Below, in pieces: positions 19,900 through 29,537 of a stretch of DNA of 64,000 nucleotides (positions within the stretch are counted from its first letter, which is position 1; every line of letters starts with the position of its first letter). The DNA comes from Neisseriaceae bacterium (GTDB lineage Bacteria; Pseudomonadota; Gammaproteobacteria; Burkholderiales; Neisseriaceae): assembly GCA_017934045.1 (NCBI GenBank), contig JAGBKK010000019.1:1-64000 (forward strand). The letters are read 5' to 3'. The notes beneath the pieces were generated by a model. It was not told where the DNA came from and did no database searches. It saw nothing but the letters and a program-made list of their open reading frames with translations. A program made the position numbers and the translations under genes.

Positions 19900-20047
19900 T
19901 GAAATGGTGATTTTGTGAATATTTTTATATTTTGTGGTAAAAATGACAATAAAACACATTCAGGCTGCCTGAAAAATTAAAACGGCGTGGGCAACAGGTT
20001 GCCCACCCTACACTTGCTACACTTGCTACAACTTTATAAAAAATTTG

Positions 20048-21070
20048 GGCGTAAAGGACAAAATGGGTGCTAAAAATCTCTGAAAGCCTTATCATTACTG
20101 CTTTTTAGAAAGGTCAAAGGTTTTGAACACAAAAAATGCCTTTTTTGCGGCTCTAAACGCACCAAAAAAAACGGAAAAAGGAACGGTAAGCAACGATACA
20201 AATGCAATGATTGTACACGGCGATTTGACGGCGGAGAACGCCTAAATTCTGCTCATCTTTGGCGATTATATTCAGAACGGAAACAGACCAAAGAAGAGTT
20301 AGCAAGGGAGTTTGGTTGCAGTAGTCGCACGATTGCACGATATTTAAATAAACATATTAAAAACAATCAGTTTGCCGAACCTAAAAGCGTCATTTTGTTA
20401 ATGGACACCACATATTTTGGGCAAAAATATGGTGTTATGGCGTTATTTGACGCTCGCACAAAACAGACGCTTTCAGTTGATGAAGTGAAATATGAAGCTA
20501 ATGCACTGTATTTCAATGCAGTAAATAGATTGAAAGCAAAAGGCATTGAAATTCAAAGTATTACTTGTGATATTCGTAAAGGATTAGTGAATTTATTTCC
20601 TAACATTCCAGTGCAATTATGTCATTTTCATCAATTAAAAAATATTAGGAAATATTTAACACAAAATCCAAAAACGCCTGCGGCAATAGAATTAAAAATA
20701 ATTGCATTGACATTAACGACTACAAATAGAGAAACATTTGAAAGTATGTTAAATCAATGGCATACAAAATATAAATCGTTTCTTAATGAGCGAACGATTA
20801 ATGCAGAAACAGGAAAAAGCCATTATACGCACAAAAGGCTACGAAGTGCATTTTTTAGCCTAAAACGCAACTTGCCGCACCTGTTTGTGTTTGAAGATTT
20901 CCCTGACTTAAATATTCCAAACACAACGAATTTGTTGGAGAACAAATTTGATGAAGTAAAACGAAAATTAGGCAGTCATCGGGGTATGAATAGTCGTAAT
21001 AAGATTTTGTTTATTAAGGATTATTTGTCTGTTCAACAGGGGGAATAGCACCCATTTTGTCCTTTACGCC
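20048..21070 (+). mobile_element. IS1595-family (IS1016-like) insertion sequence
   Basis: Perfect 24-bp terminal inverted repeats: GGCGTAAAGGACAAAATGGGTGCT at 20048-20071 and its reverse complement at 21047-21070. Flanked by an 8-bp direct repeat AAAATTTG (20040-20047 and 21071-78). Encodes a Zn-ribbon transposase. Confidence 0.8.
20136..21048 (+). pseudogene. IS1595-family transposase, apparent frameshift at a T6 tract after the start codon
   Basis: The Zn-ribbon N-terminus (CLFCGSKRTKKNGKRNGKQRYKCNDCTRRF) is in frame with the rest of the ORF but has no start codon. The ATG at 20136 is in another frame and terminates after 6 codons. Removing one T from TTTTTT (20141-20146) restores MPFCGSKR.... 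Confidence 0.6.
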
Positions 21071-21241
21071 AAAATTTGCATAAAAATTCTCCTAATATGC
21101 AAAGTATTAATTTCTAATTATACATTATTTATCAAATGGTTACAATAAATTTTTGCAGTTTTTTAATTTTTAGAGGTTACCATCATACAATGTAGCTCAC
21201 AAAGCAAAAAATTTATTATTGATACAAAAAATAATAAAAAA

Positions 21242-21269
21242 ATCCCCAATAAAAAAATTTATTGGGGAT
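21242..21269 (-). terminator. rho-independent terminator of the autotransporter gene (ATCCCCAATAAA-AAAA-TTTATTGGGGAT)
   Basis: 12-bp stem followed, on the minus strand, by a T-run. Lies 87 nt downstream of the autotransporter stop. Confidence 0.7.
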
Positions 21270-21355
21270 TTCGTAAAAGTTTTCAAATGTGAATGCATGA
21301 AAACATCACAACATAAAAGAATGATTCCTTTTCCTGTCGTGATGTTTTTTAAGTT

Positions 21356-24304
21356 TTAAAACTTATAACGCAAACCAACATTAGCCTCGGTTCTATGCCA
21401 ATGGTTACCTGCGGTGTAACCCACATTAGCTGAAATTTCGGTATTTGTTGTTGGATTCCAACCTAAACCAACCGAAGTATTAAAGCGTGTTTTAGGTGCT
21501 TCGCGTTCAGAAATCACATAGGACTTATTGTCATAAACCGCAGTATGTTTGGTTTTTTGTTCCAAATCTTGGGCAACGCCTACATTACCTTTCAAACACA
21601 AACTATCTAACAATGCATAATCAGCAGATACACCTGCAACAACAGATGTGTTGTGGCTTTCAATATCATCAGCACGCACATTGTCGTTAATGCGAATGCC
21701 ATCAATTTTACTCTTGCTGTATTGCAATGCCAATGATGGAGCAATATCTAATTTGCCTAAATCAAAGGTTTTTTCTGCCCCCACAGCGACACTGTATTGA
21801 TAACCATCGTTATTTTTGGAATTACCCATATCCACATCTAATTTATCATAACTTGCCGTTGCAAAGGCACGATATGAATCAAACTCGTGGGCGTAACCAA
21901 CATTAACACCAACACCATCGGCTTTTACAGTTTTACTTGCACCTTCAAAGTTTTCTTCCCAACGATATTTAGGTGTATTCAAGGCTCCTCCAATTGTGCC
22001 ATCACCAATTTTTTTGGCAACGCCAACGGAAACAGAATAATCCTCACTTTTACCGTCTAAACCTGTCAGTTTCAGTTTGTTACGATCAGTTGAACCACTA
22101 ATCCAAACATTGCTGCCGTGTTTTAGGTTATCAACAAAGTCTAAATCATGAGCTTGTTTGTTTAAGTTGATTTCTTCAACAGCATGATGAGCAGTCATCG
22201 TGCCGTTTTCAAACATCGTCTTATCCAAATTATCACTCATCACAAAAGACATAGCCGCAGAATTGGCTTTGACATCCTTACCGTCAAGATATTCAACATC
22301 AATATCACTCAAAAAGCGTTCCACAGATTGAGCATTTTGTTTTAAGCCTTCAAACTGGGTTTGTTTGGCTTCCGATGCAGCAACAGAAGCGGATTTACGA
22401 TTGACGGCAACAGTAATTGCCTTATCCGTAACATGCGAACTAGCACTAATTAAATCTGGTAATGTAAATTTAATATTTGGGACACCAACAATGCCACCAG
22501 TAGCAGACAATATGGTTCCTCTTTCGCCATCTTTAGTGGTGTAACCAGATACGACACTCTGAACATTCAATTTATTCCCATCAAGAAATGTCGCAACATT
22601 TTTAACACCGATACGAGAACCTATTGCTTTATTTATCGTACCACTTACTCTTAAATTGCCAGCGATATAAATATCCGATGCAGTCAAAGCATTTAGCTTA
22701 CCGCGTAATGTAATGCCTCTACTTCGAATACCACTTCTATCCCCAACTGTCAAAGTTCCTTTACTATTAACACTGATAGAAGAATCATTGCGACCATTAA
22801 GAACTAACTCACCTTCCTTGACGAAAGTTCCACCTGTATAAGTATTATCCCCATTCAACACCAAGGATTTTTTACCTAACTTGGTCAAACCGCCTTTACC
22901 ACTGATATTATTATCAAAATAATACCGTGCTTTGGTACCATTCACATTTAATTCGGTGTTTTCATCAAAGCGACCATAACCTTGTGTGGCTTTGAAGTAA
23001 TTCACAATACCATGACCATAGGTATTGGTATCAGCTTGTGGTGTTGCCGTAGTAAAGAGTACTTCTTGCAAGTTTTTGGTAGTCATCCAATCGTAACGGT
23101 TTTGGATAGATGCCAAAGTGCCTGTAACAAATGGGGCTGCAAAACTGGTACCTGTTAAGGTCTCTCCATGAATTTTAATGTATGAAGGTGCTGCAACACA
23201 GAAATCTTTCCAATAATGGCAAGAGTCAAACATATGCGTACCATCTTCATTGACACCTGTTACCGCAATATAATGGTTTTTAAACTCTTCTGGCCATTCG
23301 CGTGCAGCAAACATAGCATAACTTACATTGAAACGATCGTCGCCATAAGATTCGGCTTCATTACCAGCAGAAATAACCAACAAGCCATTGTTGTCTTTTA
23401 GGTATTGTGCTTGGGCACGAATGCTGCCTTTGCCATAAGTACGATAATAACGATCATAAAAGTCTTTTTGATCGGCATAAGTACTTAACCGTTTTTCAAC
23501 ACCATTGGAAGCATTCAAAATAATGGGGCGATTATCATTGCGATGCAAATGACGATCGATATATACCGCATCTTGTGGTTCCAAACCTTGACCATTAACC
23601 ACATACACCCCAATACGAGAATTGGGGGATAACATTTGCACGGTAGAAAGAACATGAGTACCATGGTATTTTGCATCTGGATAGCGTGCAGCTTGTTCTT
23701 GATTTAAGTCTAATGCACCTGTTGGGCGAGAACCTACTCTGTCATTCTTACTATCGTAAGAAACATACATAGTTGCATCAACTTTGGAAGCGTCAATCAT
23801 ATTAGAAGTCAAATCAACGCCTGTATCATAAATCAATACACGCGTATCTCCCAAACGAGAAGCTACTTTGTCTCGCATTGAAGCCACTTCTAACGCAGTT
23901 CTATTCACGCCACTGTTTAAGTAATATTGCAATGATTGTTCATCATTACCTAAACCTTGGAACGCGTAGTCAAAATGGTCATTGTGGGCATAGACATAAT
24001 CGCCGCCAATAACAGGTCCTAATCCATTGATATTTCGACCAATCAAGTAACGATTAACATAATCCTGTGCAGTGTCAAAAGTGTAATAATACGAACCATT
24101 TCCTTTAATATATTTCAAAGGAACAGTAAATGTATAATATTGGCCTGTGGCTAAATCCACACTGGTATAAACGCCAGTTTTGGAATCGTATGTGTTATTG
24201 TAACCCTGTGAACCGCTTTCTGCGGCATAAACAGGAGAAAAAAACAACGCTGACAATGCTAATGTCATCAGCGTCAATTTGCTGTTTTGATTTTTTTTAA
24301 ACAT
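21356..24304 (-). CDS. autotransporter with subtilisin-like (S8) serine protease passenger domain (NalP/AspA-like)
   Basis: Signal peptide MFKKNQNSKLTLMTLALSALFFSPVYA. Contains the S8 His motif (HGTHV) and Ser motif (GTSFAAPFVTG). The C-terminal ~280 aa forms a beta-barrel ending ...GLRYKF. AT-rich, no DUS. Confidence 0.8.
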   Translation of the reverse strand: MFKKNQNSKLTLMTLALSALFFSPVYAAESGSQGYNNTYDSKTGVYTSVDLATGQYYTFTVPLKYIKGNGSYYYTFDTAQDYVNRYLIGRNINGLGPVIGGDYVYAHNDHFDYAFQGLGNDEQSLQYYLNSGVNRTALEVASMRDKVASRLGDTRVLIYDTGVDLTSNMIDASKVDATMYVSYDSKNDRVGSRPTGALDLNQEQAARYPDAKYHGTHVLSTVQMLSPNSRIGVYVVNGQGLEPQDAVYIDRHLHRNDNRPIILNASNGVEKRLSTYADQKDFYDRYYRTYGKGSIRAQAQYLKDNNGLLVISAGNEAESYGDDRFNVSYAMFAAREWPEEFKNHYIAVTGVNEDGTHMFDSCHYWKDFCVAAPSYIKIHGETLTGTSFAAPFVTGTLASIQNRYDWMTTKNLQEVLFTTATPQADTNTYGHGIVNYFKATQGYGRFDENTELNVNGTKARYYFDNNISGKGGLTKLGKKSLVLNGDNTYTGGTFVKEGELVLNGRNDSSISVNSKGTLTVGDRSGIRSRGITLRGKLNALTASDIYIAGNLRVSGTINKAIGSRIGVKNVATFLDGNKLNVQSVVSGYTTKDGERGTILSATGGIVGVPNIKFTLPDLISASSHVTDKAITVAVNRKSASVAASEAKQTQFEGLKQNAQSVERFLSDIDVEYLDGKDVKANSAAMSFVMSDNLDKTMFENGTMTAHHAVEEINLNKQAHDLDFVDNLKHGSNVWISGSTDRNKLKLTGLDGKSEDYSVSVGVAKKIGDGTIGGALNTPKYRWEENFEGASKTVKADGVGVNVGYAHEFDSYRAFATASYDKLDVDMGNSKNNDGYQYSVAVGAEKTFDLGKLDIAPSLALQYSKSKIDGIRINDNVRADDIESHNTSVVAGVSADYALLDSLCLKGNVGVAQDLEQKTKHTAVYDNKSYVISEREAPKTRFNTSVGLGWNPTTNTEISANVGYTAGNHWHRTEANVGLRYKF

Positions 24305-24553
24305 ATTGTGTCCTACTGAGATAGAATGTAAAGAAATTGGCAAGTCTCTGTACTTACCAACCGCGTTTATTATCTAATAGCCATAAAGTAATCGTCAATT
24401 TTATTTTACTTCTATCTTATAAATACAAGATTTCTACGTCATTTATGCACTTTAAATTGTGGAATGCACTTTTTGACTTCATGTCGTTCATTGGACTATT
24501 TTTCAGGCAGCCTGAAAAACACCAAATCATTACGGTAAAACACGATAAAATGA

Positions 24554-25945
24554 TTGTCCGAAACCAACAAAAATGGCACTCCAATGTTTCCCAAAAAATC
24601 TTCCCCAAAAGAAGGCTCTGCCAAACATTCAGGCAGCCTGAAAAATAAACCAGCCAAAAAATCTGTGTCCAAAAAACGGCAAGATGATTTTGACGCATGG
24701 CATAAAAAAGATAAAAAAACCGCATTTGCGTATGATTTGCAAAAAGTGGATAAAAAATATCGCACTCACAAAACCGATAAAACCAAACGCCCGACTGATG
24801 ACGCTTGGAATAAACCGCAGGCGTGGCAAGGCAATAAAAAAGTCGCTGCCAAAAAACAGGACTTTCCCCATCGCCCACACAATACGGTTGATGATTTTGC
24901 CAATCAGGCGTATCACACACATAAGAAAAATCATCTTTCAGGCAGCCTGAAAAAGTCTTTTGATGAAAATCAGGCAATGCCTGTCAATCAGCCTTCAGGC
25001 AGTCTAAATAAAAAAATAAAACCCATTTCAAATCAAAATGCGTTAAGCGAAACTGGGGCAGATTTCAACGCGAAAAAGAAATCGTCTGCTATGAAAGCCA
25101 AAAAAATGACGCTACGCCGTCCGAATAAGGACATTTTGCATAAATCGGAAAAGTTACGCGAAATTCGTAGCGAAATTGAAAAACCTGTGCGTTTGCAAAA
25201 AGCCTTGTCATCGGCTGGTTTGGGTTCTCGCCGTCATTGCGAAGAATTGATTTCGTTAGGCGTGGTAAAAATCAACGGCAAAATCGCTCAATTAGGCGAC
25301 AGAGTTCTGCCCAAAGACGAAATCACCGTCAAAGACAAAGCCGTCAAACCTGTGTGGCAAGACCGCCTGCCACGCATTATTTTGTATTACAAACAAGAGG
25401 GCGAAATTGTTAGCCGAGACGACCCACAAGGCAGATTAAGCGTTTTCGACCGCTTGCCGCAGGTTTCAGGCAGCCTGTGGGTGGCGATTGGGCGTTTGGA
25501 TATTAACACCGCAGGTTTGCTGATTTTCACCACATCAGGCGAATTAGCCAACCGCTTTGCCCACCCATCGTTTGCGATTGACCGCGAATATCGCATTAAA
25601 GTGAATGGCGAATTGACCGCACAACAAATCAAGCAACTGACCACAGACGGCATTATGTTGGAAGACGGTATCGCCAAAGCAGCTCGCCTGATTGAATACG
25701 ACAACGAGGGCAAAAATCGCCGTTACGATATTGTGGTGCAAGAGGGCAGAAACCGCGAAGTCCGCCGCATTTTTGAACACTTTGGCTTAACGGTTACTAA
25801 ACTCACCCGCATTCGCTTTGGCGTAATCGGCATTCCGCCACGCTTAAAACGAGGGCAGTTTTACGAACTTAATGAAGTGGAAACGGGGTTTGTGATGAAA
25901 GAAATGGGATTAGAAGCGCCAAAGATGAAACGCAAACGCAAATAA
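24554..25945 (+). CDS. rluB: 23S rRNA pseudouridine synthase RluB with lysine-rich N-terminal extension
   Basis: C-terminal ~235 aa carry an S4 domain and the RsuA/RluB catalytic core (GRLDINTAGLLIFTTSGELANR). The preceding ~230 aa K-rich low-complexity ORF is stop-free despite A-rich composition. The true start may be internal, near 25093. Confidence 0.7.
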   Translation: MSETNKNGTPMFPKKSSPKEGSAKHSGSLKNKPAKKSVSKKRQDDFDAWHKKDKKTAFAYDLQKVDKKYRTHKTDKTKRPTDDAWNKPQAWQGNKKVAAKKQDFPHRPHNTVDDFANQAYHTHKKNHLSGSLKKSFDENQAMPVNQPSGSLNKKIKPISNQNALSETGADFNAKKKSSAMKAKKMTLRRPNKDILHKSEKLREIRSEIEKPVRLQKALSSAGLGSRRHCEELISLGVVKINGKIAQLGDRVLPKDEITVKDKAVKPVWQDRLPRIILYYKQEGEIVSRDDPQGRLSVFDRLPQVSGSLWVAIGRLDINTAGLLIFTTSGELANRFAHPSFAIDREYRIKVNGELTAQQIKQLTTDGIMLEDGIAKAARLIEYDNEGKNRRYDIVVQEGRNREVRRIFEHFGLTVTKLTRIRFGVIGIPPRLKRGQFYELNEVETGFVMKEMGLEAPKMKRKRK

Positions 25946-26032
25946 AAATGCGTATTTCACTTTTTGCTTATTGCCAATCGAAATGGTTATATAATAAATG
26001 CCTTATTGACAACGATTTTTGGACATAACACA

Positions 26033-26383
26033 ATGAAAAAACTTGCTTTTTTACTTCCTGTTTTACTTACCGCTTGTGCAACTTCTTCGGACGGTCAAGG
26101 TGGCATTTCTAAAACCATTGTACAACCCTTATTGGAAAACGAATGCAAAGTACAATTAAACGATAGGCAAGAGTGGAAACTGGTTTCCATGGTGCTGACT
26201 TCTGCCAAAAAAACCGAAATTGAACAAAAAATCTGCGGTTGTGTTAGCGAAGAAGCCACACAAAATATCACAGCGGAAAACACCATTGGTTTAGTCAATC
26301 CCAATACACGCACGCAAACAGCAGCCAAAATGGCAGCACAAAGTATTGGCGGTTGCGTTAAACGCTTTGTTAATCAACGCTAA
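26033..26383 (+). CDS. hypothetical lipoprotein
   Basis: MKKLAFLLPVLLTAC lipobox, ~117 aa, several Cys. No recognisable domain. Confidence 0.5.
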   Translation: MKKLAFLLPVLLTACATSSDGQGGISKTIVQPLLENECKVQLNDRQEWKLVSMVLTSAKKTEIEQKICGCVSEEATQNITAENTIGLVNPNTRTQTAAKMAAQSIGGCVKRFVNQR

Positions 26384-26407
26384 TTTCATCGTTCAGGCAG
26401 CCTGAAA

Positions 26408-27028
26408 ATGAAACCCATTTTAACCGCCGAAAAAATGCGACAAGCCGAACAAGCCGCCGTCTTGCGTGGCGTTTCCTTATTGCAGTTAATGGAAAACGCA
26501 GGCGTTGGTGCGGCAAACGCTTTATTGCACATCTTTCCACAAGCAAAACACGGCTTGATGATTTGTGGCAAAGGCAATAATGGGGGCGATGCTTTGGTGA
26601 TGAGCCGTATTTTGGCTGATTTTGGGGTCAAGTCTGATATTCTTTTGGTGATGGGCGACAATTTGTCCGAATTATCGCAAATCAATCGCAATAGGCTGCC
26701 TGAAAATACGCCAATCTACTTTTCAAGCAGCCTGAATTTTCATCAATACGACTTTGTGGTGGATGCGGTTTTTGGTACAGGTTTTTCAGGCAACCTACCT
26801 AATCATATAGAGAATATTTTTAGCATTATCAATAAATTAAATACAAAACGCTTTGCCTTGGACATACCATCAGGGGTAAATTGTGATACTGCCGATGTGG
26901 CAGAAAATTCATTTATAGCTCATCATACCTTTGCCTTTGGTGCCTATAAACCTGCACATTTCATAGATAAAGCACAACCATATTGCGGTGCGGTGCAACT
27001 GATTGATATAGGTATTCAGGCAGCCTGA
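26408..27028 (+). CDS. NAD(P)H-hydrate epimerase (YjeF N-terminal domain protein)
   Basis: MICGKGNNGGDALV is the signature of the YjeF-N domain. 206 aa, a stand-alone epimerase. Confidence 0.75.
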   Translation: MKPILTAEKMRQAEQAAVLRGVSLLQLMENAGVGAANALLHIFPQAKHGLMICGKGNNGGDALVMSRILADFGVKSDILLVMGDNLSELSQINRNRLPENTPIYFSSSLNFHQYDFVVDAVFGTGFSGNLPNHIENIFSIINKLNTKRFALDIPSGVNCDTADVAENSFIAHHTFAFGAYKPAHFIDKAQPYCGAVQLIDIGIQAA

Positions 27029-27057
27029 AATACTTGGCAATTTATCGTAACTCATTG

Positions 27058-27077
27058 ATATATATATATATATATAT
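27058..27077. repeat. (AT)10 dinucleotide microsatellite in a promoter region
   Basis: ATATATATATATATATATAT lies 67 nt upstream of the flotillin start. A TATAAT -10 at 27098-27103 puts the tract over the -35/spacer. Confidence 0.9.
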
Positions 27078-27143
27078 GGATTTTGCCCAAATTTGTTTAT
27101 AATACACACCTTTATTTTATTGAAAAAATCAAAGGATTTTGAT

Positions 27144-28553
27144 ATGTTGATTGTGTGGATTGTGGTGGGCATAGTTGTTGCCCTGATTGCTTTGGGTTTG
27201 TTGTTGGCGGTTTTATTCCGTGTGGTGGTGCCAACCAACGAAGTACATATTGTGCAAAGTGCCAAGAAAACAATGTCTTATGGCAAAGATACAGGCAATG
27301 GCAATACTTATTATAAATTTCCGTCTTGGATGCCGTTAATTGGGGTAACCACGATTGCTCTGCCTGTGTCGGTATTTGCGATTAAAATTGATTCGTATGA
27401 AGCCTACGATTTAGGGCGTTTGCCGTTTGTGCTTGATTTAACGGCATTTTTTCGTGTTAGCGATTCTAATTTAGCGGCACAACGCGTAGAAAATTTTGCT
27501 GATTTGAAATTGCAATTAAGCAATATTATTCAAGGCTCGGTGCGGGCGATTTTGTCTTCTCGCAAATTGGAAGATATTTTGCAAATTCGTTCGGAATTGG
27601 GCGATGATTTTACCAAAGCAGTCGGTAACCAGTTGAAAAATTGGGGAATTGACCCTGTTAAAAATATTGAGTTAATGGATATTCGCGATTCAGGCGGCAG
27701 TCAAGTCATCAAAAATATTATGAATAAAAAGATTTCGCTGATTGAAAAAGAAAGTCGCATTGAAGTGGCAAATAACAAAAAAGATGCGGATATTGCCGAA
27801 ATTGAAGCCCAACAATTAACCGAAGTGCGTTCGCAAGAAGCCAAAAAAATGATTGGCTTAAAAACGGTGGAAAATGAGCGAGAAGTGGCAATCAGCCAAG
27901 AACAGGCTAATCAGTTGGTCAAAGACCAAGAAAAAATTACCCAAGAAAAACAAATGGAAGTGGAACGGGTGCGTCAAGTGCGTCAGGCAGAAATCACCAA
28001 AGAAACCGAAATTGTTAAAGCCGAACAAGAACAGAAAAAAATTGAAATTGATGCTTTGGCACGCAAAAATGCTCAAATTCGTCAAGCCGAAGCAAATAAG
28101 GAAAATCAAATTTTGGTGGCACAGGGCGATAAGGAAAAACAATTCTTGGCAGCGGCAGCTCTGTTGGAAATGAAAGACAAGGAAGCACAAGGTATTGCCA
28201 AAATCGGTACGGCAGAAGCCGAAGCCTTGCGGTTGAAAGAATTAGCCCCAATTAACGCTCAAATTGAATTAGCCAAAGAAATTGGCGAAAATCAGGGCTA
28301 TCAAACTTATTTGATTTCCATTCGCCAAATCGAAGCCAACCAAGCGATTGGCATAGAACAAGCCAAAGCCTTAACTGCGGCTGATTTGAAGATTATTGCT
28401 AATGGCGGTGATGTACAAAGCGGCGTGCAGAAAATCGGCGATTTGCTTTCGTCATCAGGCGGCACACAAGTGGGAGCAATGTTGGAGGGTTTGTCCCAAA
28501 GCGAAATGGGCAAAAAATTGGTGGATAAAATTACTGCTATTAAAAAAGAGTAA
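27144..28553 (+). CDS. flotillin-family SPFH/band-7 protein (YqiK-like)
   Basis: N-terminal TM helix, SPFH domain, then a long E/A/Q-rich coiled coil (EAQQLTEVRSQEAKK...). 469 aa. Confidence 0.8.
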   Translation: MLIVWIVVGIVVALIALGLLLAVLFRVVVPTNEVHIVQSAKKTMSYGKDTGNGNTYYKFPSWMPLIGVTTIALPVSVFAIKIDSYEAYDLGRLPFVLDLTAFFRVSDSNLAAQRVENFADLKLQLSNIIQGSVRAILSSRKLEDILQIRSELGDDFTKAVGNQLKNWGIDPVKNIELMDIRDSGGSQVIKNIMNKKISLIEKESRIEVANNKKDADIAEIEAQQLTEVRSQEAKKMIGLKTVENEREVAISQEQANQLVKDQEKITQEKQMEVERVRQVRQAEITKETEIVKAEQEQKKIEIDALARKNAQIRQAEANKENQILVAQGDKEKQFLAAAALLEMKDKEAQGIAKIGTAEAEALRLKELAPINAQIELAKEIGENQGYQTYLISIRQIEANQAIGIEQAKALTAADLKIIANGGDVQSGVQKIGDLLSSSGGTQVGAMLEGLSQSEMGKKLVDKITAIKKE

Positions 28554-28565
28554 GAAAACAACCCT

Positions 28566-28610
28566 TTCAGGCTGCCTGAAAGGGTTTTGGTTTATTTCAG
28601 GCAGCCTGAA
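28566..28610. terminator. inverted DUS pair (16-bp perfect inverted repeat, 15-nt loop) downstream of the flotillin gene
   Basis: TTCAGGCTGCCTGAAA ... TTTCAGGCAGCCTGAA are exact reverse complements. Confidence 0.6.
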
Positions 28611-28623
28611 AGGTTTTTTCAAT

Positions 28624-29463
28624 ATGCGACATTTGTTTTTTGCTTTAATTACATTATCTTTGTTTTCCGCTTGTTCAGAAAAACAAGATGAACTATTTAC
28701 CCAATGCGAACAAGGAAATTTTAACAGTTGTTATGCACACGGATTAAAATTTAGTCGTGGTAATGGGGTTAGAAAAAATATGCACAAAGCTTTGAATTTT
28801 TTTGAAAAAGCCTGTGATGGTTCAGTTGCCAAAGCCTGTTCGCATATTGGTTTTTTATATCAAACAGGACAAGGCGTAGAAAAAAATTATGCGACTTCGG
28901 TTGCGTATTACGAAAAGGGTTGTCAATTAGGCGATATTGGCGGTTGCAATAATGCCGCTTGGGTTTATGAGCAAAAAGACGACCCCATTTATAATATGAA
29001 AAAATCGCTTACAATGTATCAATTAGCATGCGAACAAAATGATATGTTAGCCTGTCAAAATATATCAAATTATTATATTCGTACACAAAATTATCAACCT
29101 GCCTTACCTTTTTTAGAAAAAATGTGCGATAAAAATAAAAAAGACGGCTGTCGAGATTTGGGATTTATTTATTTTTACATACTTCAATCAGAAGATAAAA
29201 CAAATATACATAAGTCAATGGAATATTTGAAAAAAGGCTGTGATTTGAAAGAAAAAATGTCCTGCAATTTATTGGGTTCAATTTATGCACAGAAAGAATT
29301 AAATGGCGTTAGCCAAGATTTAACGCTTTCTCAAAAATATTTAGACCAAGCCTGTCAATTAAATGATCAACAAGCATGCGATAGAAGTGATATATTAGAA
29401 ATTTATAAAATGCTTGAAAATTGGCAGCAAAATAATGCCAATAATGATAAACAGCAAAAATAG
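28624..29463 (+). CDS. Sel1-like repeat lipoprotein (Hcp-like cysteine-rich)
   Basis: LFSAC lipobox. Repeated ~36-aa units with paired Cys (KACDGSVAKACSHIGFLYQTGQGVEKN...) typical of Sel1/Hcp repeats. AT-rich. Confidence 0.7.
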   Translation: MRHLFFALITLSLFSACSEKQDELFTQCEQGNFNSCYAHGLKFSRGNGVRKNMHKALNFFEKACDGSVAKACSHIGFLYQTGQGVEKNYATSVAYYEKGCQLGDIGGCNNAAWVYEQKDDPIYNMKKSLTMYQLACEQNDMLACQNISNYYIRTQNYQPALPFLEKMCDKNKKDGCRDLGFIYFYILQSEDKTNIHKSMEYLKKGCDLKEKMSCNLLGSIYAQKELNGVSQDLTLSQKYLDQACQLNDQQACDRSDILEIYKMLENWQQNNANNDKQQK

Positions 29464-29537
29464 TTTTCAGGCTGCCTGAAAGAGCTTTTAAAATATAATT
29501 ATGCTACAATAATGTTATTTAATATTCTTCTGAAATA

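Noticed and set aside
19596-19949. 117-aa minus-strand ORF across the intergenic repeat cluster
   Set aside because: It spans three DUS copies and both arms of the palindromic repeat element. Its amino-acid content is dictated by repeats, so it is not credible as a gene.
20395-21048. Track ORF calling the transposase as a 217-aa protein starting at MLMDTTYFG
   Set aside because: That Met is internal. The in-frame upstream Zn-ribbon segment shows the true N-terminus lies ~86 codons earlier and is disrupted by a frameshift, so the 217-aa call is an artefact of first-ATG selection.
24417-24977. 186-aa and 101-aa minus-strand ORFs and an 88-aa + ORF overlapping the rluB 5' region
   Set aside because: They are generated by the A-rich lysine-codon stretch and embedded DUS copies (SGCLK/FRLPEK motifs). 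The sense-strand rluB extension is the more parsimonious reading.
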